Shown one piece after another: positions 1 to 13,184 of a stretch of 64,000 nucleotides of DNA. The DNA comes from Octopus vulgaris (lineage: Eukaryota). Made by a program: the position numbers and the translations under genes. The notes beneath the pieces are model-generated. The model saw nothing but the letters and a program-made list of their open reading frames with translations, searched no databases and was not told where the DNA came from. Location of the stretch: assembly GCA_951406725.2 (NCBI GenBank), contig OX597815.1:138260001-138324000 (forward strand). Reading direction: 5' to 3'. Numbering within the stretch: the first letter of the stretch is position 1; each line of letters opens with the position of its first letter.

Positions 1-117
1 TCATATGGGCCGTCATCTTCCTCTTCAAGAGTACTCAAAATTTCATTCAATTAGAGTTCACGCTTCCTGAAAAAATACAAAATAGTGAAAAACTAGAAAC
101 TTTAGCATGCGGAAAGT

Positions 118-250
118 GCAGATCCCCGCCAAACAGTATACCCCTCCCCCACCCCTTTGTTTTACACCGGATCACCTCAAAAATCTAGTCATCTGTTTCT
201 TGTCCTATTTTGAACATTTCCTGAAAAACTATTAGAGAAAACTATACTTC
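118..250. mobile_element. Helentron-associated (HINE/DINE-like) non-autonomous element fragment
   Basis: CCGGATCACCTCAAAAATCTAGTCATCTGTTTCTTGTCC...ACATTTCCTGAAAA resembles the conserved core of HINE-type repeats common in molluscs; recognised by eye only. Confidence 0.4.
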
Positions 251-499
251 CATTGTTGAAAATCCATGTTCAAAGGAAAAAATTCCAAAATATGGTAAGT
301 AACACACGTTGTACTGTGTATTTTCTAGCGGTACCATATGACACCGTAAAATAATTCAGCAAAACAAACGTCACTGCAATATATCTTATGGATTATTTTC
401 ATTTGTTCCTATCTCTAACGAAGTATTTAGATATTATTCTAATAAAATACAAGATATTTTGACCATATTTTCTGAATGAGCAAACAAATAATAACTCAC

Positions 500-656
500 C
501 TGTTTAGAGAAGTCATTTCTGTAGAGGATGTTTTTCACATTAGCTGACAAACACACATGATCACTCTCCCAAGGTGGAGCAGCTTCTAAACCGTTGCATC
601 GTGCATTGAGACAAGAATCATTCCTAACATGTTCAATACATGTTTCATGGAAATTA
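500..656 (-). CDS. Putative internal exon of an unidentified Cys-rich protein gene
   Basis: Acceptor AACAG| at 658-657 (weak pyrimidine tract) and strong donor CAG|GTGAGT at 499. Open frame (phase-2 start) NFHETCIEHVRNDSCLNARCNGLEAAPPWESDHVCLSANVKNILYRNDFSKQ; phase matches exon 8071-7983. Confidence 0.55.
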
Positions 657-725
657 CTGTTCTTGTTGTTATAAAGGATTAAACGGTTAAACATGTTGCT
701 TTTCATACATAAACATGCATACATA

Positions 726-810
726 AACGCACACACACACAAACACACACACACATATATATATATATGTGTATACATACATACATGCCTACATAAATAT
801 ATATATGACA
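726..810. repeat. (CA)n/(TA)n microsatellite
   Basis: Direct inspection. Confidence 0.9.
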
Positions 811-1689
811 GTTATGATAGTAGTAGTAACTATCATGCAGTCGACGTTAGCAGTTATGATACTGTCTATGAGCCGACTATTTGAACCTCAAACTATATTA
901 CCTCTATATGCATCACTACTAGCTACTCTAGTAACAGCAATAGTGGCTGTGAAAACATAATCCCTAAACCTGATAATGACGCAAGCAATCCATATAACAT
1001 ACACATCGATTCTAAAATAAATGAAGATTATGTAACTATCAATAATCAAACCAAATGTTTTAACTTCCATCATCGCAATGGTAGTGCTATTACTAATAAT
1101 AATGATCCACTGTTTCTTAGGATAATTCGAGTAATTTTATCGGATTTAACTATAATTATCCCTATCTGTGTTCCTTGAATAACACTGAAAATCTACTAAA
1201 TTATGTAATTGTAAAAACATTTTATGCCCCCTAAATAATTTATGCCCCACTAAAATAATATCTATAGATGTGGTGAAATAATTAATCTAACTACCTTTAT
1301 TTACATTGTTTCAACTTCTTGCATATTTATGCACAATTTATATAATCATTCTTATACTTTCAATAATCGTAATATGACCAAGGTTACATCACTTGCGGAA
1401 AAATTTGGGAATTAAAAGACAAAAAAATTAGATTTCAATTTACCTGGAGTATAATGATATGCATTACCCTGATGAAATAATAGGTATGGGTGGAATCTTT
1501 GCTGCGCTGAATTAAGAGAAATACAAACCGGTCGACTTCTGCATACAAGAATAGAATGAATAGAAAGATTGAAAGAAATTAAAAACTTTATAATAGTTAG
1601 TTCTGGAAGTTCATATACTTTTCTTATAAAAATCAGATGGTGTTGTACTTCGTGTCCTCACTGTTGCAAGCTGGTAGAAATTAGATCTA

Positions 1690-2630
1690 ATGGTAGTGTG
1701 AGAAGGGGCAGTAGTGTTAGTAGTAACAGTTAGTGACTGCTACTACTACAGTTACAGTAGCAGGTGGGTCTCTTAGTAGTAAGAGGGACAGCAGTAGTGA
1801 CAGTAATAGTTAGGGTTCTCTGCGGATTATAACAGAGTTAGTAGCAGTGCTGTTTGTTCATAACAGTTTTCCCCATCTATAACCTAGCAGTAGTCGTAGT
1901 GATGGTCCCAGTCAGGGCTGTAGTATCGTTGGTGATGGTTGTTGTTTCTCTTTCTCTGCCTTTAGATGTAGCTTTTAGTAACAAAGGACATTTTCTTTGC
2001 TAATGCGTTGGCATTGGGTTATATTATCGCTAAATTTATATAGAGAAAAAAAATTAGGCTGTCTGTTACCTGCAAACATATATTCTGAGTCCTGTTTTTC
2101 TATATATCCGTGAGTTAATTTGTGATCTATGCGGGGACATTCATTGACGTCGAGCGTTTTATGTTTGTCCAATGTAATGTTCTCCACATTCTGAGCATGT
2201 TATTACGTAAAAAAGATTTTCAGATGTAAAGGTGACGTTATCTTTCATAGTAAAAAGTTATCCCTGTTTCAAACGGATCTTTAGTCTCTGTCAGATTAAA
2301 TATATTTCATAGTTATTGTTGGTTTTGTTGTTATAAATGTTTGGTGTTTCGTCTGAGTTAGTATACTTTTTACTGATTTGGGTTATCTTTTACTCTTAAA
2401 GGGTTTTACGCATCGTAGGATCCTTTTCTTCTGTAACGATATGTTACGAGATATGATGTTGTTTTGAGGATTGTAGGTGGAGACGTATGGTAGGACTTTC
2501 AATTTGTGTATTTATGTATATATCAAATATAAATTTAAATTTTAGATTCTCATGCTTCTAGTTTTGAGGTGTAGTTTCCCTTATCGACGTTTGCGAGTGC
2601 ATTATGCTAGAGCAAGTGCGAATGGGAGAA
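1690..2630 (-). mobile_element. Penelope-like retroelement remnant (GIY-YIG endonuclease region)
   Basis: Minus-strand translations KVLPYVSTYNPQNN (~2500-2459) and YVITCSECGEHYIGQT (~2209-2162) match the Penelope linker and GIY-YIG motifs; frameshifts and stops present; GTA-rich low-complexity tail at 1690-1950. Confidence 0.85.
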
Positions 2631-2789
2631 TAATCTTATCTAAAATTTCAATTACATTCATTTTATTTCTTCGGGATTGATAGAATATACTGAGCTATGT
2701 TGAATCAATTACATTCCTCACCTGAAAACTACTCAACTTACGATAAACCTATTTCTTTTAAATAGCACAATTTTTGCAATGTAAAAATT

Positions 2790-2890
2790 TAATCGATTAG
2801 ATCGAATTAATATATTTCTGTTACTGCATTTATTGACCCAAAATAACGGAAGGCAAAGTCAACTTGAGTGGAGGTTTTCACTCACAATCC
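2790..2890 (-). mobile_element. Degraded Nin-type SINE fragment
   Basis: TTTATTGACCC...GAAGGCAAAGTCAAC resembles the reverse complement of the SINE body seen at 11925-12537. Confidence 0.5.
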
Positions 2891-3364
2891 ATCCATTCAA
2901 ATGCATTTGAATGTCTTAAGAGGGAGGTCGTTGCAATGCTCTTGTTTTTTCTGAAAATCATTAGGCAGTGTTGTGTATGTTAATTGAATTGGAGAATGGA
3001 GATGGGGCACAATGAGGAATATTTACTGCACTTTTGACTTTGTGAAGAAATATATTTTTAACAAATGTTCTCTGCTTTGCAAAAACTATATCAGCTAACG
3101 AAAGACTTTCTCTAAATGCATTAAGATCACTATAGCATATTCAGAACACTATTTCCAAAATTTATCTAAATTCTCTTTGAGTATACAAAAGACAAATTTT
3201 GGTGGTAAAAATGAGTAAGACAAGATAATGTAAATTTTCTTCTTCAATTTCTCAGAATTACATTTGAAAAAAGACTCATACATAAAAATATCCATTCTTA
3301 CACATCAGAAAAATAAAAAATGCATAAAAGATTCTTTTGAGATGGGTTTGTATGAAACACACTT

Positions 3365-3872
3365 TCATCCCATTAAAATCATTCTTCCAGTATTTGGGTC
3401 ATCAGAAACCCTGGCTTCTCAGAAAATATCATGAAAAACTCTGCTAGTGTTTCTTCAGAAAGGTTCTTCTTGCGAGCCTTGGTCAATATTTCTGGTTTGC
3501 GATCCATGAGCTGCTGCTACCAGCGTTGTTTGAATGCGATCATCCAGTCCTTTCCTAGCACATTATTCTTAAAAATGGTTTTCCTTTCAACCATGTCTGA
3601 ATTTTCGGTGCCCCACATGGCCAACCTAACCTAGATGAAAGACTATACATTTCTCGCCTTTCTTTGAAGACACACTAAGAAAAACGACCTCTTCTAATTC
3701 GTTCAGAGTGGTTGATACTGTTGAGTCGTCTTTGAAGTGTCTCTTATGGGGCATTAATTGCAGTTGCATCATGATAGATTGATGCAGGTTTAGTTATCCT
3801 TCCATAAGCTTTCTCTATAATTTCTCCATGATCTGCTGGAGTGGCTCGCTTCCTAATATATTTAGGTACCGT
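3365..3872 (-). mobile_element. pogo/Tigger-group transposase remnant (N-terminal HTH and CENP-B-type HTH)
   Basis: Translations VPKYIRKRA...ETLQRRL and FKNNVLGKDWMIAFKQRW*QQLMDRKPEILTKARKKNLSEETLAEFF; in-frame stops. Confidence 0.75.
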
Positions 3873-5369
3873 ACCATTAAAAAGAATAAATTATTGAAAT
3901 TTGCCATTACCCATTTTGTCCCATTTTAGATAATTTTTTGGAAGTTGAAAATGATGAAATTAGACATCATTGTGGGAAAAATGGACTTGGAATCCAATAG
4001 GATTGCTAAATATATAAAAAAATATTATTCAGATATTTTATTACCTCAATTACAATCGGGTTGAAGTTGAGGAAAATTTCTTGTAAAAAAAAAATGTACT
4101 CGTGAGCAAACTATGTTTCAAGCTCGCTCATCTGAAGCAATAACTACTATACTGAAAAACTTTTCCATCGAAAGATGATGAAAGAGTACAAACTGTTAGT
4201 GCAATACTTGTAATGTAATAGTTTCAAACAGGAAGGAAAAAAATAAAAGGAAATCAGAAGTTACTCATTTTGCCCCTCAACTTAGTGTTAACCAAGAATT
4301 GAAGTCAGACTGCTTTCATGTATTTACAATGGATATTATAACTGTAGCCGTTCCATTTAATTTTGGATTAGGATTCATTTGTAGATTTACTTAGGTGAAA
4401 GGAACTTCAGGTATGACATTTACAGCTTATCTAGAAATTTTCTGACTGATGTGGCTGATATTTAGCCTACTTCAAGTTGAATAAGTGGACAAGAAAGTAA
4501 TTTCAGGAAGTTGAAGTAATTCTGTTCTGGGAGGGAGGATTCGATATACTAGTTTGTGAAGGAGATGGAAGGGGAAAGAGAGAAGAGAAAGTTTTATGCA
4601 TTCTCTGTAAACTGTTTTTGGGGATATCCAATGCCTGTTACCTAAAGTAGATCGTTGATTAGCTTCATAAGTTGATATACAGATACAGATTTCAAAGGTT
4701 TTTCCAATGAAGGTTTAGCTGTTAAACTTCCTCTACAAAACAGTTAAAGAAAACCACTTTTTCTGCAAAAATTAATGCAATTATGTTAATATTTTAGTTT
4801 GCTTTTCTTAGTGTTTATACCACAGATTTTTAACTGAATTATATTTTCTACATAATCAAGAAATTAGTTAATACAGTTAAAAATTTCAGGATTTTATTAA
4901 ATTCCTGCAATTTTATCTCGAGGTTTCCAAAGGATTCTAACTTCCTCAATACAGCAGAGTCCAAAATATTGAATAATTGAACAATTTTAGATATATTATT
5001 AACAGCTTCTAAATCATCCCTTTCAAATTTAATTTATTCTCAACTTAATCTTCCCTTCGTTGTATCAATTATTTACTCTATTAATTTTACTCATGGCAGT
5101 GATTGCATCATTTCATTTCCCTTAAACTTAAAGCATTATTTTGTGTCACTTCATTAATTTTATTTTCATGCATACCAAAACTATATTTCCTTTGTTAAAA
5201 AATAAATTGTACACTTGATTAAATTTGTTGCCTTTGGGAAAATCAATTGTCCTCCTTGTAGTGTATCTGATAATAATGCATATTCATATGCAATGTCGAT
5301 CATTAACGAAAATTCTAACACCACACTGCACATACAAAAACTAAACACCATACCTGACAAGTACAAAAG

Positions 5370-6770
5370 TACCTGCGGTTGCCTCAAAACAACTAGGTTA
5401 CCGACCCTAACTGTGTTCCTTCTCTTGTTCTTAAGCAATGCGTTTAAGAACCAGCTTCTACATCATTTAACTTTTCAATCCCTCTTTACAGGAATATATC
5501 ACGACCATTAGAAACATGGTGCAGTGAGTGTCTCTTTTACAAGACAGGCAGTCCAATTACCACACTATCACGCACTCGACGCTTAAAAGATGATTACAAA
5601 AATATAAACGTCAACCTTCTCCAGTCGCTTTCAACATGTTTCTCTCCTTCATGACCACCAGTACGGCTTTCGTAAAACCAAATCTGCTGGAGACTTACAC
5701 TCCCGTGTCACTCATAAGTGCAAATAAATTTGCTGAAACAGTGTCGTTCATTTCGATATCAGCAAATATTTCAAAAGTGTTCGACACGTGAACCTCCTGT
5801 CAAAGCAAGCCTTCTGTGGGTTCTATATATCTCTTACCACTTGGATCGGCAACTTCTCGATATACTTCATTACTACGGTATGAGTTATCAAATTCTGTTC
5901 CATTTAATTTCTCACACTTTTCCTTCCACATCTTAAACAAACTACTTGCCAACAACTCCAGCATCACCCACTTCCCTGCAGATGATATTACTCCTCATTT
6001 GATCAAGAGCCATCCACAAGCTACCTAGGTAGTTCACGGCGAATCTACATTGAGTCTATGAACAGAGACTTCGAATACATTTTTCAGTAGGTGGTGTCAT
6101 ATTATTATCTCGTATAGCAAACACTGTATATTTTAAGAAAACATTATTGTCCCGCTTAAACATAGCGAATATACAATTACAACCTCTCCGTCACTTCAAA
6201 TGCTAGTCTTCACTAACATTGAGAACATCCCATAGTAAACCCACATTCTCAACTTCGCAGAAACTGCATTTCTAAGACTAGACATTCTTTTCAGTACTAG
6301 AAGATATTTCAACATCTGACGGCTACTAATAATCTATAAAGCTCAAGTGTGGTACACAATGGCGTACTGCTCTCACCTGTAGATAGTAACCCATATACAC
6401 ACACACATGGGTATATTTAAATGTACCTAAGGAAAGGCAATTCGACTGATTGGCTCGAAGTCCCTATCAAACATACATATTTGGCTGACCCCCACACATA
6501 CTTTCCCCTCTCTTTCACCTTTCTACTTCTAGTACAGTGGACTCTGCTCTTCTGATATGGTTGGTTTCGTACCATTTCCTGTAAGGTACTCTTATATCAA
6601 ATTATCTCTCTTTTCTTCGTCAACCATATTGTGTCAATGCCCAGGTTCTACACTAACCACAAAGCTCAGGCTTTAATTACCAGAATATTTGAACCTTTAG
6701 TATTCTCCCCCTGAGCATGCCGTTCCTGTTATCTAAGTGGAACATTAACAGTATGAATTACATCGGACTT
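5370..6770 (+). mobile_element. Decayed CR1/L2-group LINE ORF2 (RT and 3' end)
   Basis: Residual motifs HDHQYGFRK, FDISK, PADD, LLIIYKAQV..MAYCSHL and YSGLCSSDMVGFVP; many stops. Confidence 0.8.
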
Positions 6771-7049
6771 AGTCTGCCAAATGATCATGGTATAGCTTCA
6801 GTCAGGCAAAATTTTAGTCTCTTGTAAATGCTTTGTTATTCAATCAATTTTCGTATCAGAAAAGATATCTTTGGAGAAAATCTATAAAGGATTGAATAAG
6901 ATATCCGTTCGCTTTAGAAGATTTGAGTCTAAATTATATCCTTTACTGACCAAACCCATACCCTATTTTGACTATTTCGCTATTTCATTACATAGTGCTG
7001 CGGTATTTTTTTGAAGATGCAGCTAACTTTTACTTGACTTATAGAAATG

Positions 7050-7500
7050 GAATGATGCTTGCTTCTTCTCAAAATCTAAAATTGCTTTTTCCTTGATTTC
7101 ATTACTAGCATTATCTAAAACAAGTAATCGATGACTCAAATAATATCAAATTATGACATTTGACAATGCATGAATTTATCTTCGTGTTTACACCAGCAGA
7201 GCAAAATGCAACACATGTTTTCTAACTTTGTGTCAAATTTGGTTTAATCAAAATTCCTCTTAATATACTATAAATATTTCCTGCTGTCATTTTTGGGAGC
7301 ATCATTTAATTCATATTTTAACAAAATTAAAAACACAAATTTTCTTGAATTTAATGAAGTTTCGCTAATAATAACACTGGTCAACATTTTGTTTCGTTTT
7401 TCTGATGATAAATATCTGATACTTATTTTGAACTCATTTGGAAGCACTGATTTCAAAAATAAAATCGGTTTTTGCAAGCCATATCAAAATATTGTTCTAT
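7050..7500 (-). mobile_element. Possible hAT transposase remnant
   Basis: TCVAFCSAGVNT resembles the hAT catalytic-D region (xxFCxDxAxT); very degraded. Confidence 0.25.
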
Positions 7501-7982
7501 AATGTACCCTCCTAACATATGCATCTATTTGAGTAGTTCTACTATACATATTTTCATTATTGTTTTTATAAATTCATTTAACGTGATAATTTGTAGGTGA
7601 GAAATGTCACAAAGTTAAACAGAAAGATATATTAGTGCAACACATTAAAGAACTACACATAGTGATAAGATATAATGCGAGATTAAAGCAGTTGGGTCGA
7701 TGGAGATGGACAGTAATATGGATAAGAACAACACTACAAAGAAGCGATACATGTATAAAACCAGTAACGATTACATATTGTCGTGCTGAGGGTTAAGTGC
7801 AAATTTTTTATGATATAGTGTCAGAGACACAGCAGCAGAAGATAGCGGTAGAAATTAACATGAAAACATACAAAAATTCATATATGCCCGCCTAAATATA
7901 AACACTTTCTTTTCTCATGTTTTTCCTGAAGCTTTCAACATAAAATAGTTTAAACAAAAGATTAAAAACACATCTAACTCAC

Positions 7983-8071
7983 CGGTTTCGAGTGACCCAT
8001 GAAGGCCATGGACACTGCTTCTTTTTGCAGATGTAGAAAGAAAAACAGCCACTACATGTACATTTCCCCAT
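7983..8071 (-). CDS. Putative first coding exon, MGKCTCSGCFSFYICKKKQCPWPSWVTRN(R)
   Basis: AAAAATGG start context, 89-nt open frame ending in phase 2 at consensus donor CG|GTGAGT (7982-7977); joins in frame to exon 656-500. Confidence 0.55.
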
Positions 8072-8124
8072 TTTTGGACGTGAAGAATTGATTGAATTAA
8101 GAAGAGTGGAGACATTTAATTTTG

Positions 8125-8155
8125 TGATGTGATTGGTATAATAACGTGCACTAGT
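8125..8155 (-). promoter_or_regulatory. Candidate CCAAT box upstream of the putative first exon
   Basis: ACCAATCAC on the minus strand about 60 bp upstream of the ATG; no AG between it and the ATG. Confidence 0.25.
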
Positions 8156-8269
8156 AGATGTTTTCTTCAGCCACCAGCGGAATGCTAAAGGTTTTACGTA
8201 TCGTTACTGAAAAAAATCCGTAGGTACTTTTTTCCTGCAAGGAATTAATGCTGTAATATATACTACTTT

Positions 8270-8468
8270 AAGTCAGCGAGCTGGCAAAATCGTTAGTCCG
8301 CCGGGGAAAAATGCTTTGCGACATTTCGTCCGTCTTTACGTTCTGAAGTCAAAGTCCGACTGCCTTTCATCCTTTAAAATAAGTACTAGTTGATAAAATA
8401 AATACTAGTTGAACACACTTGCTCTCTCCCCTGAACTTGCTGGCATTGTGCCAACATTTGAAACCTGT
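8270..8468 (+). mobile_element. Nin/Deu-domain-type tRNA-derived SINE
   Basis: Head GCGAGCTGGCAAAATCGTTAG, body GCCTTTCATCCTTT, tail GCTGGCATTGTGCCAACATTTGAAAC; flanking direct repeat ACTACTTT. Confidence 0.85.
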
Positions 8469-9279
8469 ATTATAAACTACTTTGTCTCAACTAATAGCTT
8501 GCTTCCTAGTTTTCTTGTGGAAACAAATTGCTTTGCTTGACAAATTAGTAACAATCGCAACAATACAGCAGATGACTGAGGTAACTGAAAAATTAAAACG
8601 CTTTATTATTATTATTGCCTTTTATAATTCGACAAACGAGTTGTCTTGTTTTAACAAGTAGATGCTGAACTAAACTCTACGTTTAATAAGACATCTTAAA
8701 AAGCAAATGTCAAAAGTAACAGAATAAGTGTTATGGCAACAATTTTTACAAGGGCGATACTACAACAAATATTATTGTATCAAATGTATTTACAATGGAA
8801 TATAGCAAATTTTCGTACGGCGAAAATATTTACAGCAAGTATGCTTGCCACAAATGTTAAAAACCCATTGTCATTAAAAAGAGAAAAATCCGATCTGTGT
8901 GAGCTCGTGCTCAACGGCTTCAGATTAGCTGTAGTCTTGTTTGAGCTTTGTAAGTCAACGGGTGTACAGAACTGAAATATTTTTGGCTCTGAAGACGAAG
9001 ATAAATGTTTTTGCATGAATAATTTACTGTATTAGACGAGAAATCTCTTGGAGAGATAATCGGGGATTATGAAGATTAGTTTTGTTGAAGTTTTGAAAGT
9101 TTTATATGCATGTTGACGAAGATCGGAAAGAAAAGGTGAGATAAAACCCGTTTCCTTGATATATGAAGTGATTGCAAATTTGTGTCGTTGAATAACACAA
9201 GATGGTCACCAGTTGAGAATGTTCGTGGAGGCTGGGGAAACCTCTTTTTTGTCCGAACAAGAAAATGATTCAACTTTCA

Positions 9280-9685
9280 TCAGTTGCTAGCCTTCTAAAA
9301 ATATCAGGTTAGACCCGCAATGGAGAATTGCCATCACATCAGCATGATGTATGCAGCTATCATCGACGGTGTCGAAAGAAAAGCTACTTGACTGATTGGC
9401 ATAAAGTCACTTACAAACATTCACAATCTCTGGTCCTCAGGCATGAAGCTTTTTCTTTCTGTGTTTTCTACCACTACAACAACGTATTCTACTTTTCAGA
9501 GTCGGCTGGTTTCGTACTTCCTTCAGTCAAACACGCCTGACTCATTTGTCCCTTTTCTCATCACCCACATTCTGTCGACCGCATCCAGACTCGCAAAAAC
9601 TTCAACACCCAGTCTTTCCTCTGCAGTGCATCAACTCTCTGGACTTCTCCCCCATGGGTACAATCCGTTTCTCCAGTTCAAATCA
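9280..9685 (+). mobile_element. CR1/L2-group LINE 3' fragment
   Basis: [25 protein letters not shown] and [23 protein letters not shown] match the ORF2 C-terminus pattern (SLxxRR..SLFYRY..HP..SFFPRT..LWN). Confidence 0.7.
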
Positions 9686-9861
<176 letters not shown>

Positions 9862-10649
9862 CATATTTTCGTATATGCATACGTTCCCAGACAAGCACAC
9901 GCGCGTACACATAAAATATCTGAATATAGTTCTGGTTGTGTTACCGATATATCTAAGCCAAACATAATTTATTTTAGATATTAACATTTGTAGAAAGTTC
10001 AGAAGAGAATATTTACTCAGTACGTTTTCTGGATTGCATCAAATTAACAATGAAAAAAATCCCCCCGCCTCCCAAAATATTCGGTATAACGTAGACTATA
10101 ATTGGTATTAGGAACATAATCTGTTTCGAAAATATCCAAGTAACAGCTGTGTGTTTGCAGTGATACCACAATTTCAATAATAATGATCAGTTGGATTTTA
10201 ATCATGTTGAGGGCAGACGAAAAAAAAAAAAGAGAAAAATTAAGAAAACAAGTCCGAAAATTGTCTAAACGAAATTAAAACATAAATTAATCGATATATT
10301 TGTTTAGGGAAAATTTATTAGTTTGAAAAAAATGAGAGTAAATGAAATCTTGCTTCTCAAATATGAGTGTTACGGTTGTTTCACGAAAGAAAATATTTAC
10401 TTTTCATCATAGCTGCACTAAGCTTCATTTGTGACGAGCAAGAGTAATCTAGGCAGATATTTTTAATGCAAATATTCATAGAAATGAACTTTATTAAATA
10501 TAAACATGGAGAAAACTAAAACGAAATTTATACCAAAATAAATTTTTGGTTAAATTTAGTCAATATCACATTTAAATCTGTCAGTTAAAGTTTTTCTAAT
10601 AATAAATAAACTTGATACGGTGAATATTATAAGATTACATATAGATTAA

Positions 10650-11235
10650 TAATTGTAGTAGTGAGTGTACTACGGCGCGTGTTACTGTTTAGCGTAGTAG
10701 GTGTATAAGTGTTTGAGTATTATATTAAGTTGTGTAAGTAATGGTATTTATAAAAGCGTTTGTTACAGCGGATGTGATGATGTAGATATTAATGCATATT
10801 GCAGTGTGTGTGTGTGTGGGGGGGGTAGAGTATGTGGTAGTGTATTTTGTAGTGCGTGTAGTAGAATGTTTAAGAATCGAAGGAATTATGCATATAGTAT
10901 TGGATGTAGTTGTGGGTGTAGTAGTGTAGTAGTATATGGTGTAATGGATGTAGTACAGAGGATGTAGTAGAGTACAGAGTAGTGGATGTAAGAATGAGCC
11001 CAGACGCGTGTCTAATAGCGGATGTAGTAATGAGTGTGGTGGACTACGGGTAGTGAATGTTGTAGTGGTTGTGGTAATTGATGTCTCATTAGTTATGGTA
11101 ATGTAGTAATCTAATAGTGTAAGTTGTAGTCTGTGCACTAGTGTATGTTGTAGTGAGTGTAGCAGTGGTTGTAGCAGTGGTTGTAGTAGTTTATGCAGTT
11201 ATATGTGTAGTAATGAGTATACGTAGTATTATGTG
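10650..11235. repeat. GTA/GT-rich degenerate low-complexity tract
   Basis: Recurrent TGTAGTAG and GGATGTAG units with strong G/T skew. Confidence 0.75.
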
Positions 11236-11699
11236 GAGCAGCTTTTATACCGAAGCGTTATCAACTCTTCATCTATTCATAGTGGATGTAGATTTCCTTT
11301 ACTTACATTGAAAAATGTTCTTGGAAACGTCACTACAATAAGCCATTTAAATCAATTCATTCAGCAAGATCTTGACTTCTATCATGTCTGAAGTTAATAT
11401 TTGTTATAAATTAGAGGTGAAATTTCTTTATACTGTAGCAGACATCCAAGTGAAGTTCTTTTTGTCATGAAAACGTAAAATTCACTGAAGTTTTCTACTG
11501 AATCTAACTATTTTACAAAGTTCTTCAATTATAATCGCTTTCGAGCTTTTAAAATTTCACGATCATGTGGCCAATATTCATGAAAATTTAATTAGTGGCA
11601 AATGCATTTCTTAGATAAGTTCACCCAAGTAATATTTTGTAACGTTGTCTAATACTCGTCATTGTATCTCAGGAGCCTATTACATACTTGTATTATTGG

Positions 11700-11900
11700 T
11701 TATAAATTTTGGCAGAAAGCCAGCAATCTCGGAGGAGGAGGTAAGTCTTTTACATCAACCCTAGTACTTAACTGGTAGTTATTTATCGACTCCGAAGGAT
11801 GAAAGCAAAGTCGGCCACAGGGGAATTTGAATACAGAACCTAAAGTCAGACGAAATGTCACTAAGCATTTTGCCCGGCGTGCTTTCCAGCTCGCTGCCTT
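11700..11900 (-). mobile_element. Nin-type SINE, head-to-head with the next element
   Basis: Reverse complement of the SINE head ends ...CCAGCTCGCTGCCTT at 11900. Confidence 0.85.
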
Positions 11901-11924
11901 TACATGCAATATAATTAATGTTCT

Positions 11925-12537
11925 AAGGCGGCGAGCTGGCAGAAACGTTAGCACGCCGGGCGAAATGCGTAGCCGTATTTCGTCTGCCGTTACGTTCTGA
12001 GTTCAATTCCGCCGAGGTCGTCTTTGCCTTTCATCCTTTCGGAGTCGATTAAATAAGTACCAGCTACGCACTGGAGTCGATGTAATCGACTTAACCCGTT
12101 TGGATGTCCTTGTTTGTCCTCTCTGTGTTTAGCCCGTTGTGGTCAGTAAAGAAATAGGTATTTCGTCTGCCGCTACGTTCTGAGTTCAAATTCCGCCAAG
12201 GTCGACTTTACCTTTCATCATTTCGGGGTCGATTAAATAAGTACCAGTTACGCACTGGGGTCGATATAAGCGACTTCATCCTTTTGTCTGTCCTTGTTTG
12301 TCCCCTTTGTGTGTGGCCCCTTTTCGGCAGTAAAGAAGTAAGAAACGTTAGCACGCCGGGCGAAATGCTTAGCGATATTTTGTCTCTCTTTATGTTCTGA
12401 GTTCAAATTCCGCCGAGGTCAACTTTGCCTTTCATCTTTTCGGGGTTGATAAATTAAGTACCAGTTGCACACCGGGGTCGATCTAATCGACTGGCCCCTC
12501 CCCCAAAATTTCGGGCCTTGTGCCTAGAGTAGAAAAG
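11925..12537 (+). mobile_element. Young composite (three-unit) Nin-type SINE with 17-bp TSD
   Basis: A-box-like TGGCAGAAACG, B-box-like GAGTTCAAATTCC, three copies of the GTCGACTTTGCCTTTCATCCTTTCGGGGTCGAT..AAGTACCAG-type body; TSD AATATAATTAATGTTCT at 11908-11924 and 12538-12554. Confidence 0.92.
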
Positions 12538-13184
12538 AATATAATTAATGTTCTCAAAATTATAATAGTGCAAAATCCGACACAGTTATCAGAAATAATA
12601 CAATATTACTATAAGATATACTGGTATAAATATGTAGTGTCGGACTTTAGATGTTAATGTACATATTGAGCAAACATAAAAATACCGGTGTGTTTAGCAT
12701 TTACAATGTGTATACAAACGTAGAACGTCACGAACTTTAATATTTTGTATCAGACAATTTTCTAAAAGAGAAATGGTGTTTCGGCCATATTTGATCGAAT
12801 TTTCATGAACGTTCTAAGTCAAGCAGAAAATGTTTGTTCTGATATAGAAATCGTTAAACAAAATATTTACTGATTTGTGTGGAAGTTAGACAGAAGAATT
12901 TAATTAATATATACAGTTGAAGCAGAGTCAGAATAAAAAAAAAAACAGGTATATATAACGTTTATAATATGTGTACAAAAGTGGGGCGGTACGAGCTGTG
13001 ACAGTTTGTCTCAGAGAAACTGCTCCAAGAAACATAGAGCTTCACTCAAAATATCGGTGGATCGCCAGAATTTGTTTGATATTTAAATCTATATTATATT
13101 TCTAAGTTGATATCTTATCATTCCGATTTACTTTCAACGAGCATGATGAAAATAGTAAAACAGGATATAGATAATTGACCTTTC

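Noticed and set aside
1-66. LNEILSTLEEEDD as a third exon or a piggyBac N-terminus
   Set aside because: In-frame stop precedes it, its phase does not match exon 656-500, and it is truncated by the window edge
8728-8741. RFX X-box-like GTGTTATGGCAAC upstream of the putative gene
   Set aside because: Only a half-site matches well and it is ~650 bp away; unsupported
10725-11138. Thr-rich mucin-like ORF
   Set aside because: Product of a GTA-rich low-complexity tract with no splice or start support
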